The notes below the pieces were generated by a model. It was not told where the DNA came from. It saw nothing but the letters and a program-made list of their open reading frames with translations, and ran no database searches. Positions 10,028 through 19,972 of a stretch of DNA of 64,000 nt are shown piece after piece. The DNA lies in the NCBI GenBank assembly GCA_038740345.1, contig JAVYMA010000004.1:21978-85977 (forward strand), given 5' to 3'. Position numbers and translations under genes: made by a program. The DNA comes from Methanomassiliicoccales archaeon (GTDB taxonomy: Archaea; Thermoplasmatota; Thermoplasmata; Methanomassiliicoccales; UBA472). Each line of letters begins with the position of its first letter. The stretch's first letter is position 1.

Positions 10028-11050
10028 ATGATTAAGGCAGCCATCGTAGGAGGCTCAGGCTATATAGGGGGAGAGCTAGCGCGCCTTCTCTGTCTCCATC
10101 CCCGGATCAGCTTGGAAGCCGTTACCTCCAGGCAGAACGCAGGAGCTAAAGTATCCCAGGTCATGGGCAATCTGGAGGGGTTTGTGGATCTTCGCTTCCA
10201 AGAGAGATTAGGAGAGCAGGAGAGTTACGACCTGGTATTCGTGGCCGCTCCTCATGGTGCCTCCATGGAGATAGTCCCTCCCTTGTTGAAAAGAGGAATG
10301 AAAGTGATCGACCTGTCAGGCGACTATCGTCTTAAGGAAATGGAAACTTATCGCCGATGGTACGGGATGGAGCACAAGGACCCTGAGAACTTTGGGAAGG
10401 CGGTTTATGGGATTCCTGAACTGTTCCGGGATGAAATCGCCTCGGCCGGCTTCCTAGCCAATCCTGGCTGCTATCCAACCTGCTCCACCTTGACTCTGGC
10501 TCCGCTATTCTTTCACGATCTCGTCCACTCCCAAGTAATAGTGGATGCCAAGTCAGGCACCTCTGGCGCTGGTCAGCAACCCACGGACATGACGCATCAT
10601 CCCTTCTGCGCCTCTCAGGTCATACCTTATAAGGTAGGAGTCCATCGGCATGCACCTGAGATCGAAATGGCCTTGCAGAAAGTTTCGCACGAGAAAGTGG
10701 ACGTGGTCTTCACACCGCACCTGATGCCCATAATCCGAGGGATGCTGTGCACCTGCTATGCGCGGCTGAAGCGGCCTATGGACCTCGACTCTGTGTACCA
10801 GAAATATCGCGAGTTCTACCATGGAAAGAAGTTCGTGAGGCTGGTCAAAGGTGTGCCTTCTATCGCCTCGGTCGTAGGTTCGAACTTCTGCGAAATAGGA
10901 CTAGCCCTGGCGGGAAAGGACACGCTCGTGGCCATGGGAGCCATAGACAACCTGGTTAAGGGTGGAAGCGGTCAGGCGGTGCAGAATGCTAATATCATGT
11001 GTGGCCTGCAGGAGACTGAAGGTTTGAATTTCCCGGGTTTGGGGGTGTGA
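10028..11050 (+). CDS. argC: N-acetyl-gamma-glutamyl-phosphate reductase
   Basis: 340 aa. IVGGSGYIGGEL Rossmann motif and active-site PGCYPT. It ends with tandem stops TGA TAG. Confidence 0.95.
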   Translation: MIKAAIVGGSGYIGGELARLLCLHPRISLEAVTSRQNAGAKVSQVMGNLEGFVDLRFQERLGEQESYDLVFVAAPHGASMEIVPPLLKRGMKVIDLSGDYRLKEMETYRRWYGMEHKDPENFGKAVYGIPELFRDEIASAGFLANPGCYPTCSTLTLAPLFFHDLVHSQVIVDAKSGTSGAGQQPTDMTHHPFCASQVIPYKVGVHRHAPEIEMALQKVSHEKVDVVFTPHLMPIIRGMLCTCYARLKRPMDLDSVYQKYREFYHGKKFVRLVKGVPSIASVVGSNFCEIGLALAGKDTLVAMGAIDNLVKGGSGQAVQNANIMCGLQETEGLNFPGLGV

Positions 11051-11053
11051 TAG

Positions 11054-12277
11054 ACGATAATAATCGAGGGTGGCATAACCTCTCCCAAGGGTTTCAAGGC
11101 GGCGGGAGTTAAATCGGGCATAAAGAAGGACAAGCTGGACTTGGCCATAATTTACAGCGAGCTGCCGGCGAGGGCCGCTCTGGCATTTACGCAGAACAAG
11201 GCCAGGGCCGCGCCCATACAGGTCATGATGGAGGACAATCCTAAATTCCTCCGTGCCTTCGTCATCAACTCTGGCAATGCCAATGCCCTGACTGGGCCGA
11301 GAGGATATAACGATGCTAGGGAGATGCAGCGCCTGGTGGCGGAGCAGTTGAAGATTGATCCCAAGGAGGTGGGGGTGGCCTCCACTGGGGTCATAGGCCG
11401 CTTCCTGCCCATGGATCTGATAAAGAAGGGAATAGCTCAGGCTTGCAAAGAACTGGACCGTTCGGTGGAGGCCAATATAGACACGGCCAAAGCCATAATG
11501 ACCACTGACACAAAGATAAAGTCCTTCGCCTGCCAGACCAATCTGAGAGATGGGACGCTGGTGACTGTAGGGGGCATCGCCAAGGGAAGTGGCATGATAT
11601 CCCCTGCTCTGCGCACTCTTCATGCCACCACGCTAAGCTTCATAACCACGGATGCGCGTCTAGAACGCGATCCGAGCGGGAGATGGCAGCAGATAATGGA
11701 TTCGAGCTTCAACGTGATCAACGTGGATGGTGATCAGAGTACCAATGACATCTCAGCCCTGATGGCCAATGGCGCGGCTGGGGGGGCTGCGGCGGACGAC
11801 GACCCCAATTTCTGGGAAGCGGTGATGTGGGTAGCCAAGTCCTTGGCTAAAGCAGTGGCCATAGATGGCGAGGGAGCTACCAAGTTGATCGAAGTGGTGG
11901 TGACAGGGGCAAAGGATGATCAGGAGGCTAGAGCCGCCGCCCGGTCGGTAGTGGCGTCCAACTTAGTCAAGGCAGCGATCTTCGGCGCAGACCCTAATTT
12001 CGGAAGGATATTGGCTGCACTGGGAAACTCGGGCAGCGATTTCGACATCTCTAAGGTACGTCTCCATCTCAGCAATGGCAAAAGAGTGGCGCTGTTCGAC
12101 AACGGCTCTCCTCTCATACTCCCAGGTTCCAATGAGGAAAGCCTTGCCAGGAGCATCTTGAAGGAGAAGCGCATAGTGATCGAATTGGATCTTGGGGTAG
12201 GGCATGGACGAGGTGAGGCCTGGGGATGCGATCTGAGCTATGAATACGTCAAGATAAACGCTTCCTACACTACTTGA
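11054..12277 (+). CDS. argJ: Ornithine acetyltransferase / N-acetylglutamate synthase
   Basis: Autoprocessing site LHATTLSFITTDA. The conserved N-terminal GGITSPKGFKAAGVKSGIKK is encoded at 11066-11125, upstream of the first canonical start (TTG at 11141). The true start is therefore uncertain; see the finding at 11041-11143. Confidence 0.9.
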   Translation, partial: TIIIEGGITSPKGFKAAGVKSGIKKDKLDLAIIYSELPARAALAFTQNKARAAPIQVMMEDNPKFLRAFVINSGNANALTGPRGYNDAREMQRLVAEQLKIDPKEVGVASTGVIGRFLPMDLIKKGIAQACKELDRSVEANIDTAKAIMTTDTKIKSFACQTNLRDGTLVTVGGIAKGSGMISPALRTLHATTLSFITTDARLERDPSGRWQQIMDSSFNVINVDGDQSTNDISALMANGAAGGAAADDDPNFWEAVMWVAKSLAKAVAIDGEGATKLIEVVVTGAKDDQEARAAARSVVASNLVKAAIFGADPNFGRILAALGNSGSDFDISKVRLHLSNGKRVALFDNGSPLILPGSNEESLARSILKEKRIVIELDLGVGHGRGEAWGCDLSYEYVKINASYTT

Positions 12278-12278
12278 G

Positions 12279-13160
12279 GTGATGGAATTGATGGATCAGC
12301 ATATGCCTAAGCAACATCACCGTGCCTCCAAGCTGAAAGGTAAGAGAGTGCTGATCAAGATAGGTGGAAGCTCCGTTGCCGGCAAGGAGGCCTTGGAATC
12401 CTTCGCCCATGGCATCGCGCTCCTCGTGGCCATGGGGGTAAAGCCAGTGATAGTTCATGGAGGCGGCCCAGAGATAAACGAGGAGATGAAGAAGAGAGGG
12501 ATGCCCATCCAGAAGGTAGCGGGCCTGAGGGTGACGGATGAGCGCACCTTAGAGGTGGCCAATGAGGTTCTGGCGCGCATTAACGAGGAGATAGTCTACG
12601 CTCTCAAGCGCGTACAGGTGAAAGCCGTGGGGCTGCAAGGGGCAGAGCGGGATACTCTCGTGGCCAAAAAACTAGAACCGGTCCTAGTGAAGGACGAGGA
12701 AGGTCGAGAGGTGATGGTGGATTTGGGGAATGTGGGAGAGGTGTGCCATGTAGATCCTCTTAACCTGAACAACCTTATCTCCAGCGGCTTTGTACCAGTC
12801 ATATATCCCATCTGCGCCACCAAGGATCACAAATTGATGAACGTGAATGCGGATACCGCCGCGGCTCAGATAGCCAAGGCCATAAAGGCGGAGGAGATGG
12901 TGCTGATAACCGATGTGCCTGGCCTAATGCTGGAGTTGGGCAAGCCGGAGACTACTCTACGAGAAGTCACTGCGGCGCAGCTGGATGAATTGATTCAACA
13001 AGGCGTGGTCAAGGATGGGATGATACCTAAGGTGAGAGCCTGCCAACTTGCAGTGCGCGGAGGCGTCAAAGCGGTACATATGGTGGATGGTAAAGAGAAG
13101 GATGCCATCGTCAACCAGCTCCTTTCCGGAGGCAATTTGGGGACGACGGTGCTGCCCTGA
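12279..13160 (+). CDS. argB: Acetylglutamate kinase
   Basis: 293 aa in the amino-acid kinase family (VLIKIGGSSV, VIVHGGGPEI). GTG start 2 nt after the argJ stop. Confidence 0.9.
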   Translation: MMELMDQHMPKQHHRASKLKGKRVLIKIGGSSVAGKEALESFAHGIALLVAMGVKPVIVHGGGPEINEEMKKRGMPIQKVAGLRVTDERTLEVANEVLARINEEIVYALKRVQVKAVGLQGAERDTLVAKKLEPVLVKDEEGREVMVDLGNVGEVCHVDPLNLNNLISSGFVPVIYPICATKDHKLMNVNADTAAAQIAKAIKAEEMVLITDVPGLMLELGKPETTLREVTAAQLDELIQQGVVKDGMIPKVRACQLAVRGGVKAVHMVDGKEKDAIVNQLLSGGNLGTTVLP

Positions 13161-13171
13161 GGTGCCATAAA

Positions 13172-14368
13172 ATGGAACGATTGGGGCTTGAGGACATCAA
13201 GCAGCTTTATAAGGCCTATCTCTTCCAGAACTATGGAAGGGAAGAGGTGTGTTTCGATAGGGGAGAGGGGGAGTATCTTTTCGACATCGGCAACTGCCGC
13301 TATATTGACTTCGTGGCAGGCATAGCGGTTAACGCCCTTGGGCACAACCACCCAGCCATAGTAGAGGCCATCGAAAGGCAGGCGCGTAGACTAATTCACG
13401 TCTCCAATTTGTATTATACGAAGGAGCAAGCCGAATTGGGAGAGGCGATAGCCTCCATTGCTCCCTGGCCACTAGCGGTATCGCTCTTTGTCAACAGCGG
13501 AGCCGAGGCCAATGAAGGAGCGTTGAAGCTGGCATGTAAGAGCACGGGGCGTTCGCGCTTCGTGGCCACACTGAACTCTTTTCACGGCCGCACGGCGATA
13601 GCCCTCTCCGCCACGGGGCAGAAGAAATACCAATCGGGATTCGAGCCCCTGCTGTCCAAAGCCTTCGACTTCGTTGAATATGGAAGCGTGGAAGGCTTGA
13701 AGTCCGCTGTAACGGGGGACACCGCAGCGCTCATCCTGGAGCCCATTCAGGGCGAGGGAGGGGTAAGGATACCAAGTCGAGAGTTCGTGCGCGCTGCGAG
13801 GGACATATGCAGCGATAAAGGCGCTCTGCTAATAATGGATGAGGTGCAAACAGGCCTCTGTCGCACTGGTCGTTGGTTCGGATTCGAGCATTTTGGCATA
13901 GTTCCAGATATCATGACTCTCGCCAAGGCCCTGGGAGGAGGATATCCCATAGGGGCCATAGTCTCTTCCATGGAGATAGCGAAGGCCTTCACGCCAGGCT
14001 CTCACGGCACGACCTTTGGGGGAAATCCTTTGGGCTGCGCCGTGGCCACCGCAGTGATCAACACCATGAAGAAGGAGAAACTGGCGGAGAGAGCGGCACA
14101 GAAAGGGGAGGAATGGATCCAACGCCTGCGAACATTATCCCAGGACAGCCCTATGGTGAAGGAAGTACGGGGAAAGGGCTTGATGATAGGGGTGGAGATG
14201 GAGGGCGAGAGGGCGAAGGAATTCAAGGAGTTCGCCTTCCGCAGGAAGCAGCTGGTTAACGTGGCGGGAGGAAACACGGTGCGCCTTGTACCTCCCTTAA
14301 TCATCAGCGAGCATTCGATGAATGCTTTGAACGAGAGCCTACGCTGCTTCCTCACCAGGCCTTCATAG
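13172..14368 (+). CDS. argD: Acetylornithine aminotransferase (class-III PLP aminotransferase)
   Basis: 398 aa. DEVQTGLCRTGRWF and LAKALGGGYPIGA motifs. It follows argC, argJ and argB in the cluster. Confidence 0.85.
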   Translation: MERLGLEDIKQLYKAYLFQNYGREEVCFDRGEGEYLFDIGNCRYIDFVAGIAVNALGHNHPAIVEAIERQARRLIHVSNLYYTKEQAELGEAIASIAPWPLAVSLFVNSGAEANEGALKLACKSTGRSRFVATLNSFHGRTAIALSATGQKKYQSGFEPLLSKAFDFVEYGSVEGLKSAVTGDTAALILEPIQGEGGVRIPSREFVRAARDICSDKGALLIMDEVQTGLCRTGRWFGFEHFGIVPDIMTLAKALGGGYPIGAIVSSMEIAKAFTPGSHGTTFGGNPLGCAVATAVINTMKKEKLAERAAQKGEEWIQRLRTLSQDSPMVKEVRGKGLMIGVEMEGERAKEFKEFAFRRKQLVNVAGGNTVRLVPPLIISEHSMNALNESLRCFLTRPS

Positions 14369-14423
14369 ACAAGAGCTTAGGAAGAAAACCCTTTAATACT
14401 GTTCACCTTTACTTTCCCCACCC

Positions 14424-15113
14424 ATGAAGGAGCAGTCTCAGAAGGAGAGCATCGCCGAGCGCACACGCTTCTATATAGATGCCCATCCCAGCATCAAAGA
14501 CTGCATCTCCAAGGACCTGATAAACTATTCCTCTCTGGCCCGGCTCATAATGAAAGAACTGGGCATCAAAAACGAGGAGGCCGTGATGATCGCCTGCCGG
14601 CGCTACGCGGTGAAATTGGCCAAGCATGATCACGAGCGCGAGATCCTGCGCATTTTGGCCAACTCCAGGCTGGAGGTCAAGACCAAGATATGCATCGTGA
14701 CGGCCAAGAACGATTGGACTGTACTGCAGCGCCTGGAGGAGGTCTTCAAGAGACTCATAAATGAGAAGGGCATAATGCAAGTTATCCAGGGTGCGCAGGC
14801 CATCACCGTGATCGCGGATGAGAAGCTGAAGAATGAGGTGGTGAACGCCGTGGGGAGGGAGAACATCCTCAAGGTGCGGCAGGATCTGGTGGAGATAACT
14901 GTCAAATCCCCCGAGCGCATAGTCGAGACCTCCGGAGTATTCGCCTTTCTAGCCTCTAACCTGGCAGAGAACAACGTGAATGTGGTGGAGACCGTATCCT
15001 GCTATACTGATAGCATTTTCATAGTGAACGAGGCGGATATGATATACGCCTATTCCATATTGACCAAGGTCATCGAGAACGCGGAGCAAGTAGAGGAAAC
15101 AGTCGAGGATTGA
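14424..15113 (+). CDS. ACT-domain-like protein, function unknown
   Basis: 229 aa. The C-terminal segment VEITVKSPERIVETSGVFAFLASNLAENNVNVVETVSCYTDSIFIV looks like an ACT-type ligand-binding fold. The gene is embedded in the arg cluster. Confidence 0.5.
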   Translation: MKEQSQKESIAERTRFYIDAHPSIKDCISKDLINYSSLARLIMKELGIKNEEAVMIACRRYAVKLAKHDHEREILRILANSRLEVKTKICIVTAKNDWTVLQRLEEVFKRLINEKGIMQVIQGAQAITVIADEKLKNEVVNAVGRENILKVRQDLVEITVKSPERIVETSGVFAFLASNLAENNVNVVETVSCYTDSIFIVNEADMIYAYSILTKVIENAEQVEETVED

Positions 15114-15266
15114 TGCCATTTCCTGGATATGATGTGATTCATTCACGCATTCGCGCCCTTTTTGAATGTAGATGATCTGGGATATGAAAAGGATAGCCTT
15201 GATAATGATGATGCCCGAAGTGGTATTATATTCTGCAAAGCATGATAATGCCTAGAAGGGATTGCC

Positions 15267-16604
15267 ATGGAAAAGGCGCCGCATATCGTAGTTGAGCCCC
15301 CTGGCCCTAAGGCCTTAGGCATAATCGAGAAGGACACCAAATACCTCGCCACCTCCACCAAGACCTCGCCCTTGGCCATCGAGTCGGGAAGGGGAGCTGT
15401 GGTGAGGGACGTGGATGGCAATACCTATCTGGATTTCGCCAGCGGGGTAGCAGTGCTCAACCTTGGACACGCTCATCCCGCTGTCACCGCTGCCATTCAG
15501 GAGCAGGCGGCCAAGTTCGCTCATTTCGCCGGAACCGATTACTATTATGAGGTCCAGTCTAGGTTGGCCGAGAAGCTATGCGGCCTTGCCCTCATGCCTG
15601 GCGATAAGAGAGTGTTCTTCAGCAACTCTGGAACAGAGTGCATAGAGGCTGCGATAAAGCTCGCGCGTTGGTCCACCGGGCGGAAGATGATGATTTCTTT
15701 TATCGGAGGATTCCATGGTCGCACCATGGGCTCGCTCTCCCTGACAGCGAGCAAAAGGGTACAGCAGGAGAGGTATTTCCCCACAATGCCAGGCGTGGTC
15801 CATATCCCTTTCGCCTATTGCTATCGCTGCCCTTATCGGCTGGAGTACCCTACCTGCGATATCTGGTGCGCTAGGATTCTGGAAGAGGTTCATTTCGATA
15901 CCTATCTACCGCCTGACGAGGTGGCGGCGATGTTCATTGAGCCCATCCAAGGCGAGGGGGGCTACATCGTGCCTCCCAAGGAATTCGTCCAGATAATGCA
16001 TCGCACTTGCCGAGCCTATGACATACTGCTAGTGGATGACGAGGTGCAGGCTGGCATAGGCCGCACGGGTAGGATGTGGGCTATGGAGCATCACGAGGTG
16101 GTGCCGGATGTAATGTGCAGTGCTAAGGCCTTAGGTTCGGGCATACCTATCGGGGCCACGATATTCCCCAAGAAGCTGGATTGGGGGAAGATGGGGGCGC
16201 ACTCCAATACCTTTGGGGGCAATGCCATAGCTTGCGCTTCGGCCCTTGCCACATTGGACACGCTGGAGAAGGAAGAGCTCATCGCTGCAGCTAGAAAAAA
16301 AGGGATTCATCTCAGGAAGAGGTTGGAAGAGCTCCAGCAGAAGTACGAGTTGATAGGCGATGTCAGAGGTTTAGGCCTCATGCAGGCCACTGAGTTCGTG
16401 AAGGACAGAAGGACCAAGGAGCGAGCGTGTAAGGAGAGGGACCGCATCGCCGAGCTGTGTTTCAAGCGCGGGCTCATAGTGATTGGATGTGGTAGGTCTG
16501 GCCTGCGCTACATCCCTCCCCTCAACATCGAAATGGAGCAGCTAGATGCAGGCTTGGAGGTGCTGGAGAGCGCCATCAAGGAGGTTACGAAGGATTCGAG
16601 ATAA
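15267..16604 (+). CDS. Class-III aminotransferase (GABA/ornithine/acetylornithine-type; substrate unknown)
   Basis: 445 aa. DDEVQAGIGRTGRMWA and SAKALGSGIPIGA motifs. It is a paralogue of argD. Confidence 0.8.
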   Translation: MEKAPHIVVEPPGPKALGIIEKDTKYLATSTKTSPLAIESGRGAVVRDVDGNTYLDFASGVAVLNLGHAHPAVTAAIQEQAAKFAHFAGTDYYYEVQSRLAEKLCGLALMPGDKRVFFSNSGTECIEAAIKLARWSTGRKMMISFIGGFHGRTMGSLSLTASKRVQQERYFPTMPGVVHIPFAYCYRCPYRLEYPTCDIWCARILEEVHFDTYLPPDEVAAMFIEPIQGEGGYIVPPKEFVQIMHRTCRAYDILLVDDEVQAGIGRTGRMWAMEHHEVVPDVMCSAKALGSGIPIGATIFPKKLDWGKMGAHSNTFGGNAIACASALATLDTLEKEELIAAARKKGIHLRKRLEELQQKYELIGDVRGLGLMQATEFVKDRRTKERACKERDRIAELCFKRGLIVIGCGRSGLRYIPPLNIEMEQLDAGLEVLESAIKEVTKDSR

Positions 16605-16616
16605 GGAGGGCGGCAC

Positions 16617-16967
16617 TTGAAAATAATTAGACCCTCGCACGCCGATTGGGAGGAAGGGAAAGGGTATCGCAAGCGCATAGTGGTTCCCGAGCTCGATCTA
16701 GGGATAGAAGGTTCATTCATCCAGGAGGTCTCCTTCAGGCCAGGAGTCAGCGTTCCGATGCACTATCATAAGTTCACCAAGGAGGTCTTCATACCCCTGG
16801 ATGAGGCGGAGTTCTCCATCCAAGGTCAAGATGTGGCGCTTCGGCCTGGAGAGATTCTGATATGCGAGCCGGGGGATGTACATGGCAATCCAGTAATCCG
16901 ACGAGCGTTCAATATTCTGGTGCTCAAGGTCGGCTACGTTCCTGATGACACTGTCTGGTTAGGATGA
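16617..16967 (+). CDS. Cupin-domain protein
   Basis: 116 aa with a TTG start. His-containing cupin-like motifs (MHYHKFTKEVF, GDVHGNP). Confidence 0.6.
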   Translation: MKIIRPSHADWEEGKGYRKRIVVPELDLGIEGSFIQEVSFRPGVSVPMHYHKFTKEVFIPLDEAEFSIQGQDVALRPGEILICEPGDVHGNPVIRRAFNILVLKVGYVPDDTVWLG

Positions 16968-17104
16968 TACCTTTGAGCTCAACATCCTGGTGAGAGGCAA
17001 GCGAACGAGACCCCTACGGTGGCAGCGCTTAGCCATGGCATCACTAGCTTGTCATCGCATACTTGAGCCGCGCGATCTAATTGACCACAATTCTGGAAAG
17101 AATA

Positions 17105-17181
17105 TGGAGCCACCAGGGAGATTCGAACTCCCGGCCTGCTGATTACAAGTCAGCCGCTCAACCAGGCTAAGCTATGGTGGC
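17105..17181 (-). tRNA. tRNA-Thr (anticodon UGU), CCA encoded
   Basis: I folded it by hand. Acceptor GCCACCA/UGGUGGC, D-arm GCUU/GAGC, anticodon stem GCUGA/UCAGC with loop CUUGUAA, T-arm GGGAG-UUCGAAU-CUCCC, discriminator U, then CCA. Confidence 0.85.
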
Positions 17182-17306
17182 CTAACCCCACGGTAATCAC
17201 AAGCAGGATTAAGCCTTTTTGCTGTGCCTGATGCGCATGAGTGCAATATGCTAGTAAAAGAGAACTTATTTGGTCGTGTAACTTCTTGCCGCTTTGGGAT
17301 GCACGG

Positions 17307-17873
17307 ATGAAGGGAGACAGAGAGCCCCCTGCCAAAGGAAGGATGGGAAGGATAACTAAGTCCATCGTGAGGGAGTCAGGGGTTGACGATGCCAGGCGCG
17401 TTATGCTGCCAGCGGAAACCTATGAGGAGGCCAAGAAAGGTGAGGAGAGGGCAGAGCTCACCCTCTTGACCATGGAGCGCTTGGAACGAGCCTTTGATGA
17501 AGAGTCGAGGGTCCGCATCATGGAGAGATGCGGGCGGCAATGCTTCGGGCCAACGCATCAGAAGGTGCGCAAGGCGCTGTTCCATGAGTCCAGCAGCTTA
17601 GAGGAATTCTTGGACAAGCTGAACGACCTTGAAGGGGGGAAGGCTCACTATCGCATCACGGAGCAAGGGGCCATTATCATAGAGTACCCCTCTTGCAGAT
17701 GCGGCCAGGTGCGTGAGAGCCAGAAGAGGTTCCCCAACCATACGTATTGCATGTGCGGCGTGGGGTTCAACAAAGAGCTCTTCGAGACTGTGCTAGGGAG
17801 GAAAGTTGACATAATCCTGGTGACCTCCGCTATTTGTGATGGAGGGCCGTGCAGATTCGTGGTGAGATTGTAA
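17307..17873 (+). CDS. Hypothetical Cys-rich protein
   Basis: Multiple Cys pairs (CGRQC, SCRCG, YCMCG, CDGGPC) suggest metal or cluster binding. The track ORF begins at 17241, but ATG 17307 or 17343 is a more plausible start. Confidence 0.5.
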   Translation: MKGDREPPAKGRMGRITKSIVRESGVDDARRVMLPAETYEEAKKGEERAELTLLTMERLERAFDEESRVRIMERCGRQCFGPTHQKVRKALFHESSSLEEFLDKLNDLEGGKAHYRITEQGAIIIEYPSCRCGQVRESQKRFPNHTYCMCGVGFNKELFETVLGRKVDIILVTSAICDGGPCRFVVRL

Positions 17874-17950
17874 TGCTGAAAAAAAAACGATCATAGCATT
17901 TGCACCGCCACCGCGCAAGCATCGTTCCAAGGAAGGCAGAGGTGAAATAG

Positions 17951-19069
17951 ATGGAAGATAAATCGATGAGGTTCTTAGAAGAACTATGCAACAGCCCGGG
18001 GCCATCTGGTTTCGAGAAGGCCCCGCTGCGTTTGATTAAGGAATACGTCAAGGAATATGCCGACTCCGTCTACTGGGATAGGATGGGGAACCTTTTTTTT
18101 GAAAAGATGGGAAGCAGCGATAGCCCTGTGGTCCTCGTCCCTGGGCACGTGGATGAGATCGGTTTCATCATAACCAGCATCAATCAGCAGGGATACCTAA
18201 CCTTCAATCAGTTAGGTGGCTGGTTCGATCAGGTGCTTTTAGGCCAAAGGGTGTCGATAATGACCAAAGGAGGCCTGGTCCCGGGAGTGATAGCCTGCAA
18301 ACCTCCTCATGTCATGGACGCGGAAGAGAGGAAGAAGGTGGTTACCAAAGACAAGATGTTCATCGATGTGGGGGCCTGCAACCGGGAGGAGGTCAAGGCC
18401 ATGGGCATAAGAGTCGGGGATGCAGTGGTACCGGACTCAAAATTCTATGTTATCGAAAAGAAGGCTTTCAAGGAAGGTAAGGAGGTGGGTAAGAGGAAGC
18501 TGATTTGCGGTAAGGCCTTCGACAATCGCATTTCCGCTTTCCTCGCCACAGAGCTGATAAAGACCTTGCGCAAGGAGAATATAGGACATCCCAATAAGGT
18601 GATAGGCGCGGCCACGGTGCAGGAGGAAGTGGGATCGAGAGGGGCCAAAACTGCTGCCGTCCAGACCAAGCCGGACGTAGCCATCATTTTGGATGTGGAC
18701 ATATCGGGAGATGTGCCCGGCATCGAGCCTCATCAGGCGCCAAGCCGCATGGGAGAGGGAGTATCCATCACGGTATTTGATGCCAGCATGATACCCAATC
18801 AGGCCTTGAAGGATTTGGTGATTGGTATATGCGAAGAGAAGAACATACCTCATCAGCTCTCCACCATGGCAGGGGGAGGCACGGATGGCGCCTCCATACA
18901 TGTGGCCAACGCGGGTGTGCCCTGCATCGTGATAGGAGTGCCCACCAGGCACATCCATTCTCATGTGGCAATGATAGACACGGCAGACCTGGAGAGCACA
19001 CTTCGTCTCTCCGTGGAACTGGTGAAGGCGTTGGATAGAGGAACGGTGGAATCCCTGACCCAGATTTAA
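17951..19069 (+). CDS. M42-family (TET/FrvX-like) aminopeptidase
   Basis: 372 aa. MRFLEELCNSPGPSGFE N-terminus, GHVDEIGF motif and the GGGTDG motif typical of M42 peptidases. Confidence 0.85.
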   Translation: MEDKSMRFLEELCNSPGPSGFEKAPLRLIKEYVKEYADSVYWDRMGNLFFEKMGSSDSPVVLVPGHVDEIGFIITSINQQGYLTFNQLGGWFDQVLLGQRVSIMTKGGLVPGVIACKPPHVMDAEERKKVVTKDKMFIDVGACNREEVKAMGIRVGDAVVPDSKFYVIEKKAFKEGKEVGKRKLICGKAFDNRISAFLATELIKTLRKENIGHPNKVIGAATVQEEVGSRGAKTAAVQTKPDVAIILDVDISGDVPGIEPHQAPSRMGEGVSITVFDASMIPNQALKDLVIGICEEKNIPHQLSTMAGGGTDGASIHVANAGVPCIVIGVPTRHIHSHVAMIDTADLESTLRLSVELVKALDRGTVESLTQI

Positions 19070-19148
19070 GGGGTCAGCAAGCGCTCCGTTGTAGAAAACT
19101 ATAAGAATAGCGAATCGATGACGAGCATTCATCCTAAATGCTGAACTG

Positions 19149-19940
19149 GTGAATCTGATGTCTGCTGAGGAGGTCAAGATCAAGAAGGGCGACGTAATCC
19201 GTCTGGAGTACAGCGGTTATCTCGCTGATTCGAATGAGCTTTTCGACACCACCATCATGGAGGTAGCGAAGCAAGGTGGCATCTTCAATGAGAAGGTGCC
19301 CTATGGACCCATACCTTTACTGGTTGGCTCAGGCAGGGTCTTCGAGGGTCTGGAGGAGGCCGTCATAGGAGCTTCGGTAGGAGAGGAGCGCGAGGTTGTC
19401 ATACCTCCAGAGAAGGCAGCTGGGGCGCGGGACCCTAAGCTGGTGGAGAACATACCTCTCAGAGATTTCCTCAAGCAGGACATCGAACCTCGGATCGGCA
19501 TGGAAGTGAATATAAAGAATCGCTTGGGCATCGTCATTGCTGTCACCCCGCGCATGGTGCGGGTGGATTTCAATCGCCGCTATGCAGGACGCACTTTGAA
19601 ATATAAGTTCAAGGTCGTAGCTAGGATAGATGATCCAGCAGAGAAGGCCTTGGCAATCATCGAGATGGATTATGGTACTAAGGATAATTTCTCTGTCAGC
19701 ATCGAGGGCGACACCTACACTATAGTGCTTCCTGATGTGTGCAAGTACGATCAGAAGTGGATGATAGCTAAATACAAAGTCGTGGCGGACTTGCGTGAAG
19801 GACTGAAGGCCCGTGTCATACGCTTCGTAGAGGAATATATTAAAGCGGATGAGGAGAAGAAGGCGGAGGAGAAGAAGGAGCAGGGCACCGAGGCAGAGGT
19901 GAAGGCTGAGGAGCGAGAGCCTGAGGAACTCCCGCAGTGA
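19149..19940 (+). CDS. Long-type archaeal FKBP peptidyl-prolyl isomerase/chaperone
   Basis: KKGDVIRLEYSGYLADSNELFDTT and VGSGRVFEGLEEAVIGASVGEEREVVIPPEKA motifs, followed by an extra C-terminal domain and an acidic Lys/Glu tail. ATG 19158 is an alternative start. Confidence 0.8.
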   Translation: MNLMSAEEVKIKKGDVIRLEYSGYLADSNELFDTTIMEVAKQGGIFNEKVPYGPIPLLVGSGRVFEGLEEAVIGASVGEEREVVIPPEKAAGARDPKLVENIPLRDFLKQDIEPRIGMEVNIKNRLGIVIAVTPRMVRVDFNRRYAGRTLKYKFKVVARIDDPAEKALAIIEMDYGTKDNFSVSIEGDTYTIVLPDVCKYDQKWMIAKYKVVADLREGLKARVIRFVEEYIKADEEKKAEEKKEQGTEAEVKAEEREPEELPQ

Positions 19941-19972
19941 GAAGCCAGCATCTCTTGAATCTAACTCCATTA

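Noticed and set aside
10901-11623. 240-aa minus-strand ORF
   Set aside because: It is antisense to the end of argC and the first half of argJ. It is a shadow ORF.
15205-15266. C-box-like ATGATGA upstream of the second aminotransferase; a C/D box sRNA was considered
   Set aside because: There is no CUGA D box at the appropriate distance and no terminal stem.
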